Below are positions 50,887 to 63,600 of a stretch of DNA of 64,000 nt, in pieces. The DNA comes from Limisphaerales bacterium (GTDB taxonomy: Bacteria; Verrucomicrobiota; Verrucomicrobiia; Limisphaerales; UBA1096). The notes under the pieces were generated by a model. The model made no database searches, was not told the origin of the DNA, and saw only the letters and a program-made list of their open reading frames with translations. Positions within the stretch are counted from its first letter, which is position 1. Every line of letters starts with the position of its first letter. The position numbers and the translations under genes are program-made. The stretch is taken from the NCBI GenBank assembly GCA_004213515.1, contig SHAK01000001.1, positions 86,359 through 150,358 of the forward strand, written 5' to 3'.

Positions 50887-53466
50887 GTGCCAAAGGAGGC
50901 AAAATTGACTCCCATGATGGCCCAGTATCGACAGTGTAAAAACAAACTGCCGACTGGGACAATTCTTCTGTTTCGTCTTGGAGATTTTTACGAGATGTTT
51001 TTCGAAGATGCAAAAGAAGCGTCAAGTATCCTTAACGTTGCATTAACCAAACGCGGAGAAATTCCAATGTGTGGAATACCATACCACGCAACTGGAAACT
51101 ATATGGGCAAGTTACTTCAAGCTGGCCGTAAAGTTGCAATATGCGACCAAATCGAAACCGCACGACCAGGGCAATTAGTTAAAAGAGATATTACACAGAT
51201 TATTAGCCCTGGTGCTCACTTCGATGAACGAATGCTTAAAGCTGAGCGCAACAATTTTCTAGTAGCTGTTGCCATTAGTGGAAAGCAATTTGGTGTCGCT
51301 GCTATCGACCTGACCACTGGTGATTTCAAGGTGGCCGAACTAAAAAGTGAAAACGCAGTTATAGCCGAATTAGAACGACTGAACCCCGGAGAAGTGATTT
51401 ATCCGGAAGAATCAAAACGGCTGTCTGAACTAATTGAACCAAACGTAAGTGTACTAAACGGCTATGAAGGCTGGGTTTTCACTCTAGAAACGGCAGAATT
51501 TACACTTAAAGATCATTTTAAAGTAGCAACCCTAGATGGCTTTGGGCTGAAAGGAAATTCAGCTGCAACTGTAGCCGCTGGTGGTGCCTTACATTATGTT
51601 AGCCAACATCTTCGACGAGATATAACACACTTCACACAGCTATCATTTTACAAAGTTTCAGACTTTCTAGTTCTAGACGCTGCTACGCTTAAACATTTAG
51701 AAATACTCGAGCCACTGCACAGTGAAGGCACCAAACCGGCAACTCTGTACGGCGCACTAAATCGCACCTCAACACCAATGGGAGCTAGAAGACTACGGGA
51801 CTGGCTTTCTCAACCACTTTCATCCTTAGAGAAAATACAAAAAAGACAGGAAGCGGTAGCTCAATTCATACAAAACAGCACAACGCTTGATCAATTTCGA
51901 GAAAGTCTAAAAGAGGTCCGAGACTTAGAACGTATGATTAGTCGCTTAAGCATTGGCTCAGGCAACGCCCGAGATCTGGTGCAACTACATGGCGCACTCC
52001 TGCAGATCCCTAACATAAGAACTATGATCAATCAGGTGCAGTGTGTAAATAATGCTACCGCGCCATCCTTAAATGATAGTATATTTAATGAAAAAGAATC
52101 AAACGAATCACCATTATTGCTGAGCCAATTAGGAAACCTACTGCATGATGTGCCTGAAGTTACAGAATTGATATCGCTATCCATTGTTGCAGAACCGCCT
52201 GTAGCATTAAAAGAAGGCGGAATCATCCGAAAAGGATTTAACCCTGCACTCGACAAACTTCGTACTGGAGCAACGGAAGGAAAAGACTGGATCGCAAAAC
52301 TTCAACAAGAAGAGATTGAAAAAACCGGCATCACATCACTAAAGGTTAGGTATAATTCTGTGTTTGGTTATTTCATCGAGGTCACAAAAGCTAATCTCGA
52401 AAGAGTACCTGAACATTATACTCGAAAACAAACATTAGCTAATGCTGAACGTTTTATCACTCCCGAATTAAAGGAAATGGAAGGTAAAATTTTAGGCTCT
52501 GAAGAACGCAGTCAAAAACTTGAATACGAATTGTTTCAGGGTGTTCGCGAACAAGTACTTCAATGGCTGCCACAAATACAAGAAATCTCCTCTGCACTTG
52601 CTCAACTAGATGTACTCGCAGGGTTTGCAGAAAATGCCCGAATTCATGATCATGTATGCCCGAATGTACGTGACGAAGGAGTGTTAAATATTGATGAAGG
52701 CCGACATCCCGTACTTGAACAATCTATGGTTGGTGATCCTTTCGTTCCTAATGACACTCTATTGGAATGTAAAAGACAACAGATAGCAGTCATTACAGGG
52801 CCAAACATGGCAGGTAAAAGTACATATATCCGGCAAGTTGCCTTGTTAACTCTACTCACTCACGCCGGTGCTTTTATACCTGCAAAACAAGCTAGGATTG
52901 ATTTAGTTGATCGAATCTTCACTCGTATAGGAGCTAGTGATGACCTCTCGAGGGGGCAATCAACTTTTATGGTTGAAATGAGTGAGACAGCAAATATTTT
53001 GAATAATGCTACCAACCGTAGTCTTGTTGTTCTCGACGAAGTTGGTAGAGGAACAAGTACTTTTGATGGACTTAGCCTAGCATGGTCTATTTTAGAACAT
53101 TTGCATAATCAAGTGGGATCAAAGACCCTTTTTGCAACTCACTACCATGAATTAACTGAACTTGCAGAACGACTGCCACGATTACAAAATTTTAATGTCG
53201 CAGTGCGTGAGTGGAATGATCAAATCGTATTTCTCCACAAAATAATCGAAGGCGGTGCAGACAAAAGCTATGGGATTCATGTAGCAAGGCTCGCCGGTGT
53301 GCCTAGCCCTGTAATTGAAAGAGCTAAGGATATCCTTAAAAATTTAGAAGACACTGAATTATCTCCAGACGGCAGCTCTCGTTATTCCTCTCGGCAATCA
53401 GCAGAACGAGATACCCTGTCCAAAATTAAGCCATCACCACAGCTCGACCTCTTTTCTAGCCAATGA
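50887..53466 (+). CDS. mutS: DNA mismatch repair protein MutS
   Basis: The N-terminus TPMMAQYRQ...GDFYEMFFEDA contains the mismatch-binding Phe motif, and Walker A GPNMAGKST is present. The ORF-track GTG start at 50887 lies inside the AAAGGAGG RBS (50892-50899), so the true start is more likely the ATG at 50914 or the TTG at 50905. Confidence 0.95.
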   Translation: MPKEAKLTPMMAQYRQCKNKLPTGTILLFRLGDFYEMFFEDAKEASSILNVALTKRGEIPMCGIPYHATGNYMGKLLQAGRKVAICDQIETARPGQLVKRDITQIISPGAHFDERMLKAERNNFLVAVAISGKQFGVAAIDLTTGDFKVAELKSENAVIAELERLNPGEVIYPEESKRLSELIEPNVSVLNGYEGWVFTLETAEFTLKDHFKVATLDGFGLKGNSAATVAAGGALHYVSQHLRRDITHFTQLSFYKVSDFLVLDAATLKHLEILEPLHSEGTKPATLYGALNRTSTPMGARRLRDWLSQPLSSLEKIQKRQEAVAQFIQNSTTLDQFRESLKEVRDLERMISRLSIGSGNARDLVQLHGALLQIPNIRTMINQVQCVNNATAPSLNDSIFNEKESNESPLLLSQLGNLLHDVPEVTELISLSIVAEPPVALKEGGIIRKGFNPALDKLRTGATEGKDWIAKLQQEEIEKTGITSLKVRYNSVFGYFIEVTKANLERVPEHYTRKQTLANAERFITPELKEMEGKILGSEERSQKLEYELFQGVREQVLQWLPQIQEISSALAQLDVLAGFAENARIHDHVCPNVRDEGVLNIDEGRHPVLEQSMVGDPFVPNDTLLECKRQQIAVITGPNMAGKSTYIRQVALLTLLTHAGAFIPAKQARIDLVDRIFTRIGASDDLSRGQSTFMVEMSETANILNNATNRSLVVLDEVGRGTSTFDGLSLAWSILEHLHNQVGSKTLFATHYHELTELAERLPRLQNFNVAVREWNDQIVFLHKIIEGGADKSYGIHVARLAGVPSPVIERAKDILKNLEDTELSPDGSSRYSSRQSAERDTLSKIKPSPQLDLFSSQ

Positions 53467-53511
53467 CAGCTTGACCTCTCAAGCAAGCTTCGCCAAGCTG
53501 CGTCCCCGCTC

Positions 53512-53600
53512 GGAGAGATGGCTGAGTGGTCGAAAGCGCTCCCCTGCTAAGGGAGTATAGGTTCACGCCTATCGAGGGTTCGAATCCCTCTCTCTCCGCC
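53512..53600 (+). tRNA. tRNA-Ser (anticodon GCU) with a long variable arm
   Basis: The sequence is GGAGAGATGGCTGAGTGGTCGAAAGCGCTCCCCTGCTAAGGGAGTATAGGTTCACGCCTATCGAGGGTTCGAATCCCTCTCTCTCCGCCA. The anticodon loop CTGCTAA and the core match canonical tRNA-Ser(GCU), and CCA is encoded. Confidence 0.95.
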
Positions 53601-53756
53601 ATTTTAATAAGATTTTTAAATCTTTAATTTCTGCTCTTGTTTTCACTTCTTTCCAATAATTTTTTTTAATTAATTGTAATATAAGGTCTAAGGTTTTCGC
53701 TTTGCGTGAAGTCATAATTCAGGCAAATTTTCCAAGCACCTTACTTTTTATTAATT

Positions 53757-56700
53757 ATGCGGCAATATGGTTTAAACAATCCTTTTTCAAGATTCATTTT
53801 ATTTGCAATCGGAATAACGGGGACTATTTCAATTCATTCTGCTGATTTCGATCAAGACATAGCCCCAATATTTGTTCGAAGTTGTGTCGAGTGCCACAAC
53901 GGTTTTGATCTTAAAGGAAAACTAAACTTGTCTCAGCGCAACTCAGCATTGAAAGGAGGCAAAAGCGGAACACTTATTCTGCCTGGCAAACCAGAAGAGA
54001 GCTTACTGTGGAATAAAATTAAAAATGATGATATGCCTCCAGATAAGCCACTTGATCAAAAAGAAAAAAAACTCGTTCAAGATTGGATTAGTGAAGGTGC
54101 AAATTGGGGAACAAATTTAAAACTGGATCCATTCGAATTCACCACAAAAAAACGTGGTGGTTATGATTGGTGGTCTCTGCAACCGATAAAACGACCTAAT
54201 CAACCAGATATTACAAAGTCAGCCAAATGGGTAGCTAATCCAATCGATGCATTCGTACTAGCCAAACTTAAATCAGCAAAATTAAAACCAAGCAGCCCCG
54301 CTCTGCCTCGAGCATTAATTCGAAGGCTATATTTCGACATTACTGGTCTACCCCCTTCAGCTAAAGAGGTAGCAAAATTTGTTTCTAACCCTACCAATGA
54401 AGCATATAAGAAGATAGTTGACGATCTTCTCAGTTCACCACGTTACGGCGAACGCTGGGGACGCCATTGGTTAGACTTGGCACGCTTCGGTGAGAGTGAC
54501 GGTTTTGAACGTAACAACACAAGAAACAACCTTTGGCCTTACCGAGACTGGGTAATCAAAGCAATAAATGACGATATGCCTTACGACGAATTTGTACGAA
54601 TGCAGATTGCTGGGGATATTCTGAAACCCGGTGATCCAGTGGGACAGAAGTCAGTTGGTTTTCTAGTAGCTGGATTACACAACACTGTTGTAGGTGGAAG
54701 TGAATTCATGAAAAAAACGGCAAGACAGGATGAACTTGAAGAAATCATCGGGACTGTCGGTCAAACTTTTGTCGGATTAACGGTTAATTGTGCCCGCTGC
54801 CATAACCACAAATACGATCCCATTCTACAAAAAGAATACTATCAATTAACATCAGCAATCGCTGGTGTATTCCATGGAGAACGCAATGTCTCAGACCCGG
54901 AACTTGAGCGCCAACGCAAGTCTTTACTGACACAAATAGAATCTTTCAGTAAAGAACTTAAATTAATTGAAAATCAGGGACGTCAGACAGTTATAAACAA
55001 ACGAAGTCATGGTAAAGAAACTACTATGCCTAAGCCCCCAAAGCCAATTTCTAGATGGGAGTTTGATAACAACCTTAAAGATAGTATTGGCAATTTGCAT
55101 GGAAAGGCAAAAGGAAGCGCTCGTATTTCAGGTGGCGCCCTTTTAGTTGATGGAAATGAGTCGTGGATTGAAACAAATTCTATTGAGTCATCGTTTCGAT
55201 CCAAAACACTTGAAGCATGGGTTGAGTTAAGCAATTTGAATCAAAAAGGTGGAGGTGTGATTGGGTTACAAAGCCTCAATGGCGCTACATTTGATTCCAT
55301 TGTATTTGCTGAACTTGAAGCGCACCGATGGATGTCAGGTAGTGACGGCCACAGCCGAACTAAATCATTTAGGGCTAAAGAAGAAAATTTCGCGCATCAG
55401 CAGCCGGTGCACATTGCAATTGTTTATCAAGAGGATGGCACCGTTATCGGCTATCGTAATGGAGTCCAATACGGAAAACCTTATAAGACCAATTTACAGG
55501 AATTCTTCAAGGGAAGTTCACAAGTAATTTTTGGTATGCGGCACAAAGGCGGAAGGAATAACTATTTAAAAGGAAAGATTCATCGCGCACAACTTTACGA
55601 CCGAGCACTTGCCCCAAACGAAATCGCTGCCTCAGCAGGAGTTGAATCATCATTCGTAAGCGAATTAGAGTTAGCCGCTGCACTTTCAAAAACAAAAAAG
55701 ACTAAACGTATGGCCCTTAAAGATCAGTTAACTGGACTCCTCGCTCGTCAAAAAGAATTAGGAAAGGGTTCAAAAATGAAGATTTATACAGTTGCCGCTC
55801 GAAGCAACCCCGGCAAAGTGCGCATATTAAAACGAGGAAACGCAATGGATGAAGGCGAAATAGTTCGCCCAGGAGCTGTTTCTGCACTTAGGACATTTAG
55901 TAGTGACTTTGGAATCAAGGCAAACGCTTCTGATAGCGATCGGCGGAAACAGTTGGCTAACTGGATAACGCATCCAAAAAACCCATTATTTAATAGGGTA
56001 ATAGCCAACCGTATTTGGCATTATCACTTTGGAACAGGCTTAGTTGAAACACCCAACGATTTTGGCTTTAACGGAGGTCGCCCGAGCCATCCAGAGTTGC
56101 TGGATTGGCTAGCTTCGGAATTAAAAACCAATGGCCAAAGACTCAAGGGGCTTCATCGATTAATTGTAACTTCAAATACATATCGACAAGCAGCAGCCCC
56201 TCGAGAAGAAGGACTTGCAGTCGATTCAGAAAACCGTCTTTTATGGCGCAAATCACCAGTCAGACTAGATGCTGAATCACTGCGAGATGCAGTTCTTAAA
56301 GTTTCTGGAAAACTTAACTTCAAGATGGGAGGCCCTGGCTTTCGCGATGTTTCAGTTATACCAAACAATGGCACCACTTACTACGAACCAATTTATCCAA
56401 TTGGAAGCGAATACGACCGTCGCACCGTTTACCGATTTAGCCCAAGAGGAGGACGAAGCGCAATTCTTGACACCTTTGACTGCCCTGATCCTTCCACAAC
56501 TGCCCCAAGACGCGCTGTGACTACTACCCCATTGCAAGCACTGGCACTTTTAAATAATAAATTCATTTTAAATAAAGCAGATGCCATGGCAAATCGCTTG
56601 AAGGCACAATCAAACGGAAATAGGGACAAGCAAATTGAACAGGCTTTTCTCAGCGCCTTTCAACGAAATCCAGATTCTGAAGAAATGCTTTTAGCAAAAC

Positions 56701-56777
56701 GATTAATCGAAGACTACGGACTTACCACTCTATGTCGTTCTCTTTTTAACAGTAACGAATTTATAATTATTAATTAA
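53757..56777 (+). CDS. PSCyt1 cytochrome-c-like plus DUF1549 / LamG insert / DUF1553 protein
   Basis: A signal peptide is followed by CVECHNGFDLKGKLNL, then DWWSLQP (DUF1549), a LamG-like block (ARISGGALLVDGNESW...KIHRAQLYDRAL) and a DUF1553 C-terminus (NRIWHYHFG, DCPDPS, TTPLQALALLN). Length is 1006 aa. Confidence 0.85.
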   Translation: MRQYGLNNPFSRFILFAIGITGTISIHSADFDQDIAPIFVRSCVECHNGFDLKGKLNLSQRNSALKGGKSGTLILPGKPEESLLWNKIKNDDMPPDKPLDQKEKKLVQDWISEGANWGTNLKLDPFEFTTKKRGGYDWWSLQPIKRPNQPDITKSAKWVANPIDAFVLAKLKSAKLKPSSPALPRALIRRLYFDITGLPPSAKEVAKFVSNPTNEAYKKIVDDLLSSPRYGERWGRHWLDLARFGESDGFERNNTRNNLWPYRDWVIKAINDDMPYDEFVRMQIAGDILKPGDPVGQKSVGFLVAGLHNTVVGGSEFMKKTARQDELEEIIGTVGQTFVGLTVNCARCHNHKYDPILQKEYYQLTSAIAGVFHGERNVSDPELERQRKSLLTQIESFSKELKLIENQGRQTVINKRSHGKETTMPKPPKPISRWEFDNNLKDSIGNLHGKAKGSARISGGALLVDGNESWIETNSIESSFRSKTLEAWVELSNLNQKGGGVIGLQSLNGATFDSIVFAELEAHRWMSGSDGHSRTKSFRAKEENFAHQQPVHIAIVYQEDGTVIGYRNGVQYGKPYKTNLQEFFKGSSQVIFGMRHKGGRNNYLKGKIHRAQLYDRALAPNEIAASAGVESSFVSELELAAALSKTKKTKRMALKDQLTGLLARQKELGKGSKMKIYTVAARSNPGKVRILKRGNAMDEGEIVRPGAVSALRTFSSDFGIKANASDSDRRKQLANWITHPKNPLFNRVIANRIWHYHFGTGLVETPNDFGFNGGRPSHPELLDWLASELKTNGQRLKGLHRLIVTSNTYRQAAAPREEGLAVDSENRLLWRKSPVRLDAESLRDAVLKVSGKLNFKMGGPGFRDVSVIPNNGTTYYEPIYPIGSEYDRRTVYRFSPRGGRSAILDTFDCPDPSTTAPRRAVTTTPLQALALLNNKFILNKADAMANRLKAQSNGNRDKQIEQAFLSAFQRNPDSEEMLLAKRLIEDYGLTTLCRSLFNSNEFIIIN

Positions 56778-56778
56778 T

Positions 56779-58212
56779 ATGAAATTCTTGGATAACATTA
56801 ATCGAAGAGATTTTTTTAACTGGGGAATCCGAGGTATTGGCGCCACTGCATTTACCAGCCTACTGGCAAGTAACACCAAAGCTCATGCAGGACTTAAACA
56901 TGATACTTTCCCAAATTTTACACCTAGAGCAAAAAGAGCGATTCACATTAGTCTTGTAGGAGGCATGAGTCATGTTGACTCGTACGACTATAAACCAGGT
57001 CTAGACAAGGCCCATGGAAAACCACTTGGGTCGAACGAGAAACCTGACATCTTTTTCGGTCAGGTAGGGCAATTAAGGAGGAGTGATTTCAAATTCAAGC
57101 AACGCGGACAGAGTGGCCTTTGGTTGTCGAGCATGTTTCCTAACATCGCTGAGATGGCAGATGAAATGACAGTCATTAGGTCAATGACCACCAATTCAGC
57201 AAACCACACGCCGGCATTATTTTTTGCCAACAGCGGATTTGAATTTAACGGCTTTCCATCAGCTGGCAGCTGGGTGTCTTACGGATTGGGATGTGAATCT
57301 GAAACATTGCCTGCTTTTGTGGTGTTAGGGGACAAACGAGGCGGTCCAAACGGTGGAGCCTCAAACTGGACTAGTGGCTTTCTGCCTTCACAACATCAGG
57401 GAGTAGAATTGCGAACTGGAAAGACACCGGTACGCGACCTCTTCCCAGCTATCGATCAGCAAGAAGGTTCCGATAAAGCAGCCCGCACCTTTTTGAAAAG
57501 ACTTAATACTCTTCACGCTGATCGAAACGGATTGGATTCGATCTTAAGCAACCGAATGCGCAGCTATGAACTTGCAGCTCGAATGCAACTGTCCGTACCA
57601 CAAGTGAGTAACATAAAAGGAGAACCAGAACACATCAAAAAAATGTACGGTTTAAATGAAAGCCGCACCGAAGATACTGGTCGACGCTGCCTGCTTGCAC
57701 GACGTCTGCTAGAAGGTGGAGTGCGATTTGTTCAGATATACTCTGGCGGACCAATTGGCGGATCACCCCGAGCAAGTTGGGATGCCCATGAAAACGTTAA
57801 GGAAAATCATTCTGTTGAAGCTGGACGAATCGATAAGCCGATTGCCGGATTACTCCGTGATCTAAAGCAACGTGGAATGCTTGATGATACCCTTATTTTA
57901 TTTACTACCGAGTTTGGACGGACTCCATTCGCACAATCCAAAGCCAATCAGGTTGGTCCAGGCAGAGACCACAATAAATATGGTTTTTCCTGCTGGCTAG
58001 CTGGAGGTGGAGTAAAGCCGGGGATTAGCTACGGTCAGACTGATGAGATCGGTTGGAAGACAGTTGAAAACCCAGTACATTGGCACGATTTTCATGCGAC
58101 AGTCCTCCACCTTATGGGAATGGATCATAAAAAACTAACCTATTACCACAATGGAATAGAACGTCGCTTAACTAATGTACACGGGCAAGTAGTCAATGAC
58201 ATCTTTGCCTGA
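56779..58212 (+). CDS. DUF1501 family protein with a twin-arginine signal (second copy)
   Basis: The gene starts 1 nt after the upstream DUF1553 gene. The N-terminal Tat motif is NRRDFFNWGIRGIGATAF, and the C-terminal YHNGIERRLTNVHGQVV parallels the first copy. Confidence 0.85.
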   Translation: MKFLDNINRRDFFNWGIRGIGATAFTSLLASNTKAHAGLKHDTFPNFTPRAKRAIHISLVGGMSHVDSYDYKPGLDKAHGKPLGSNEKPDIFFGQVGQLRRSDFKFKQRGQSGLWLSSMFPNIAEMADEMTVIRSMTTNSANHTPALFFANSGFEFNGFPSAGSWVSYGLGCESETLPAFVVLGDKRGGPNGGASNWTSGFLPSQHQGVELRTGKTPVRDLFPAIDQQEGSDKAARTFLKRLNTLHADRNGLDSILSNRMRSYELAARMQLSVPQVSNIKGEPEHIKKMYGLNESRTEDTGRRCLLARRLLEGGVRFVQIYSGGPIGGSPRASWDAHENVKENHSVEAGRIDKPIAGLLRDLKQRGMLDDTLILFTTEFGRTPFAQSKANQVGPGRDHNKYGFSCWLAGGGVKPGISYGQTDEIGWKTVENPVHWHDFHATVLHLMGMDHKKLTYYHNGIERRLTNVHGQVVNDIFA

Positions 58213-58216
58213 GCAC

Positions 58217-60481
<2,265 letters not shown>

Positions 60482-60601
60482 CTAAATAGCGCATTTATAA
60501 AAATAGTTAAAAAATTCCAGTAAATATATAAGTACAAATAAATATATATAAGCTACTGAAAAGAATTTTTGTTCTTTCAGCTTAAAGAAGCAAAGTATGA
60601 T

Positions 60602-63600
60602 TCACTTCGTTTTAATATTTCTTGCGACAACTTTCATCATGCCTCGCATCAACGTTGCATGTCCCGGAAAGGTACAAACATATGGGTAATTTCCTGGTTC
60701 AGGTGCAATAAAATTGATCACAGTTTCCTCTTTATGATTAATAGCTTTAGAGCCCCAAAGAATAAGCGGGGTGTCCGGTTGCCATTGTTTACTGATACCT
60801 TTTTCACCAAGTTCAAGAGCCATTTTGGCTACTTCATCAGCTTTGCCAGGCTTAACTATAAGTAAATTATGAGGAGGGAAATCCATATTTCTGAATTTCA
60901 ATGATACAGAATCTCCAGTTTTAACCTCAAACTCCTTAGTATCATAAAGCATTTTTCCCTCTATAGTACTTATAGTGATTTGAAACTTTTCACCCTCAAT
61001 AACCGGAATGGAGCTACCACCTCCATAGATATCAACGAATCTTGGCCCAGCAATTCGTCGCATTTTCTGGACTATATAAGCAGGAAGATCATTCCGAGGA
61101 ACCACGCCAGATTTGATTGCGTCAGTAAATTTTTGTGCATAAGAAGACTGCGATGATAATGTCTTTATTGTAGCAGACTTTTCTTCAACATTCATTTTAG
61201 AATACCTACTAAGTAATTCTCTCGAAAATGATTTTTCGTCATATGATGCCATGGCAACTATTGAATCGTTACTTAAATTACTATCATTTAATAGATTCAC
61301 TAAACGGTCTTTAAGAGCGTGATGTTCTTTGGATGCTAAAGTTTTAAGTGCAGATCTACGATCTACTGAAGTAGCTTTGGAATTGTCCAATGTTGAAATC
61401 AAAGCTTTGTTGGTTTCACTATCTCCAAGAATCAGTGCTATCTCTTTTGCAAGTGGATATTTCTCAATTTTTTTGTATGTTTCTTGCCAGCTCGCGGGCG
61501 CCACAGCTTCATCCAAACTCTTTAATCCAGCATCAAAACCTCGGAGCATGTTGTTGATTGTTGTTTCATCTTTAATTTGACCAAGAGCAAGAGATAGTGT
61601 CTCAAGCTGGCGTGCATTTGTTGCTCGGCGTGCAATATATTCGGTTACCAATGGTAATTGGCTGGCCTGCGCCAAATTCATGGCGCGCGTTGGGTTTTCC
61701 GGGACGAGCGGCTCAACACCATACCAAATCATCTTGGGCAAATTATGGTCATCAGCATCCTCAGCGTGGGTGACCAAACCAGCAGCGATTGCCCATCGAT
61801 TGCCCATCGATATGCGTTGCATAGCGGAGGCTAGATAGAGGCGCACCACCGGCGAAGAATCCTTATTTGCCATGCTTGCGAATTTTTTTAAAGCACGGTT
61901 AGACGGGTTCTTATCCTCACAGAGAAATTGAATTGACCATGCACGGATATGCTCGTCTTCGTCGTTTAGGTTTTTTAAGTTCTCAGACTCGTTCAAGCCG
62001 CCAGTAATGTGCAATCCCCAAAGCGCACGCAGGCGATAATCGGCGTTTTTATTTTTGCGGAACATCTGCTTTAGCGAGCGGTGCGTACCCTTATCTAATT
62101 TACCTTTTATTGACCTCCCATGCAGAACAACGCGCGCTCGACGAGCATGCCACGAACTTACGTTAGTCTGGTAACTAACTAATTTTGCATCGCTAAGTTT
62201 TTCAACATCTTCGTAACGGCCCTCCCAGTCGTTGGCTAAGCTTTTGTTGGGTGCCAGACGGAAAATACGACCAGTATCCTTATGTTGAATGTTATTTCCA
62301 CATATGAATGCATCATGCCAGTCAAGAACGTATACGTTACCTGCAGGACCAATTTCCATACTAAAGCCAATCCATTGTTCATTGTTTGCATGCATGAAAT
62401 CCTTGTGTTCCTTGCCAACGTAACCAGAGCCAGCAGGAACCAATTCATCAGTCAAGACTGCATGCTCGTGGATATTAGCCATGAAAAGTTTACCCTGATA
62501 CTCATCTGGAAAAGCATCCGATAGATAAACACGGGCTCCACCGTGTGCTGATCGGTGACGGTGTTCCGCGATCGTACGGATATCACTGTAGGCGTGCGGA
62601 TTAAAATGACGGCCAGCCTGGCGGTGATACAAGCCGCCGGGGATGACATGCCACAAGTGAGGGATCACGCATGCTGTAATGAAAAGTTGCCCCTTGGCGT
62701 CGTAGTCGATACCCCAAGGATTGCTAAAACCGTGCGCAACAATTTCAAACACTTCCTTAGTTGGGTGATAGCGCCAGACACCACCGTTAATCTTCTGACC
62801 CTCCCCTTCGAACTCGACCGACTTGGGATATGGCTCACCATGCTTGAAAAGCTTCCCTGTTCCCTTTGGCTTACCTACGACAGAAGGCGTGAACACGCCT
62901 TGGCAGCCGTATATCCAGCCGTCCGGCCCCCAGTGCAGACTGTTGAGCACCTCGTGCCGGTCGCGAATGCCCCACCCTGTCAGCCGCACCTCGATGTCAT
63001 CAACATCAGCTTTGTCGTCTTTGTTGCGATCTGGAACGAATAACAGATTCGGCGGCGCACCCAACCAAAGTCCGTCAAGGCCCACTGCCATCGCAGACGG
63101 AAACGGAACGCCCTCAAGAAATACTGAACGCTTATCAGCCACTCCATCGCGGTCAGTGTCTTCCAAGATTAAAATGCGGCTATCGCCCGAAGCGGAAAAT
63201 CCACGGCCGCGCGTTTCATAGTCTCGATTCTCGGCAACCCACATGCGGCCCTTGTCGTCCCAGCAAAATGCCATTGGCTGAGTGATCATTGGCTCATTGG
63301 CCCAAGAGTTAACAGTGAAGCCTCCTTCAATAGTCGAGTTGTCGACCGCCTCCTGCGGGGTGAGAAACTTAGCATCTCGACCAGCACGCTTTGCAAGTTG
63401 CCAAAGTGCATATGTGCCTCGCTGACCAGTGTAAGCTTTCCAGCGATCAGTCAACTCCTTGCCGTTAAGTTTGCCACCGTAAACCTGAATCTGATGACGA
63501 ATGGTCTCAGTCTTTCCTTTGGCAATATTCCAGTCACCGAGTCGCGCTCGCACCGGGCCTACACCTAGCTGGCCATCTACCCTCCAAGGCTGAGGATAAC

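Noticed and set aside
62555-63221. Long plus-strand ORFs (162 aa and 132 aa) antisense to the giant minus-strand gene
   Set aside because: They lie entirely within the GC-rich portion, where stop codons are rare on all frames. The sense gene has clear domain content.
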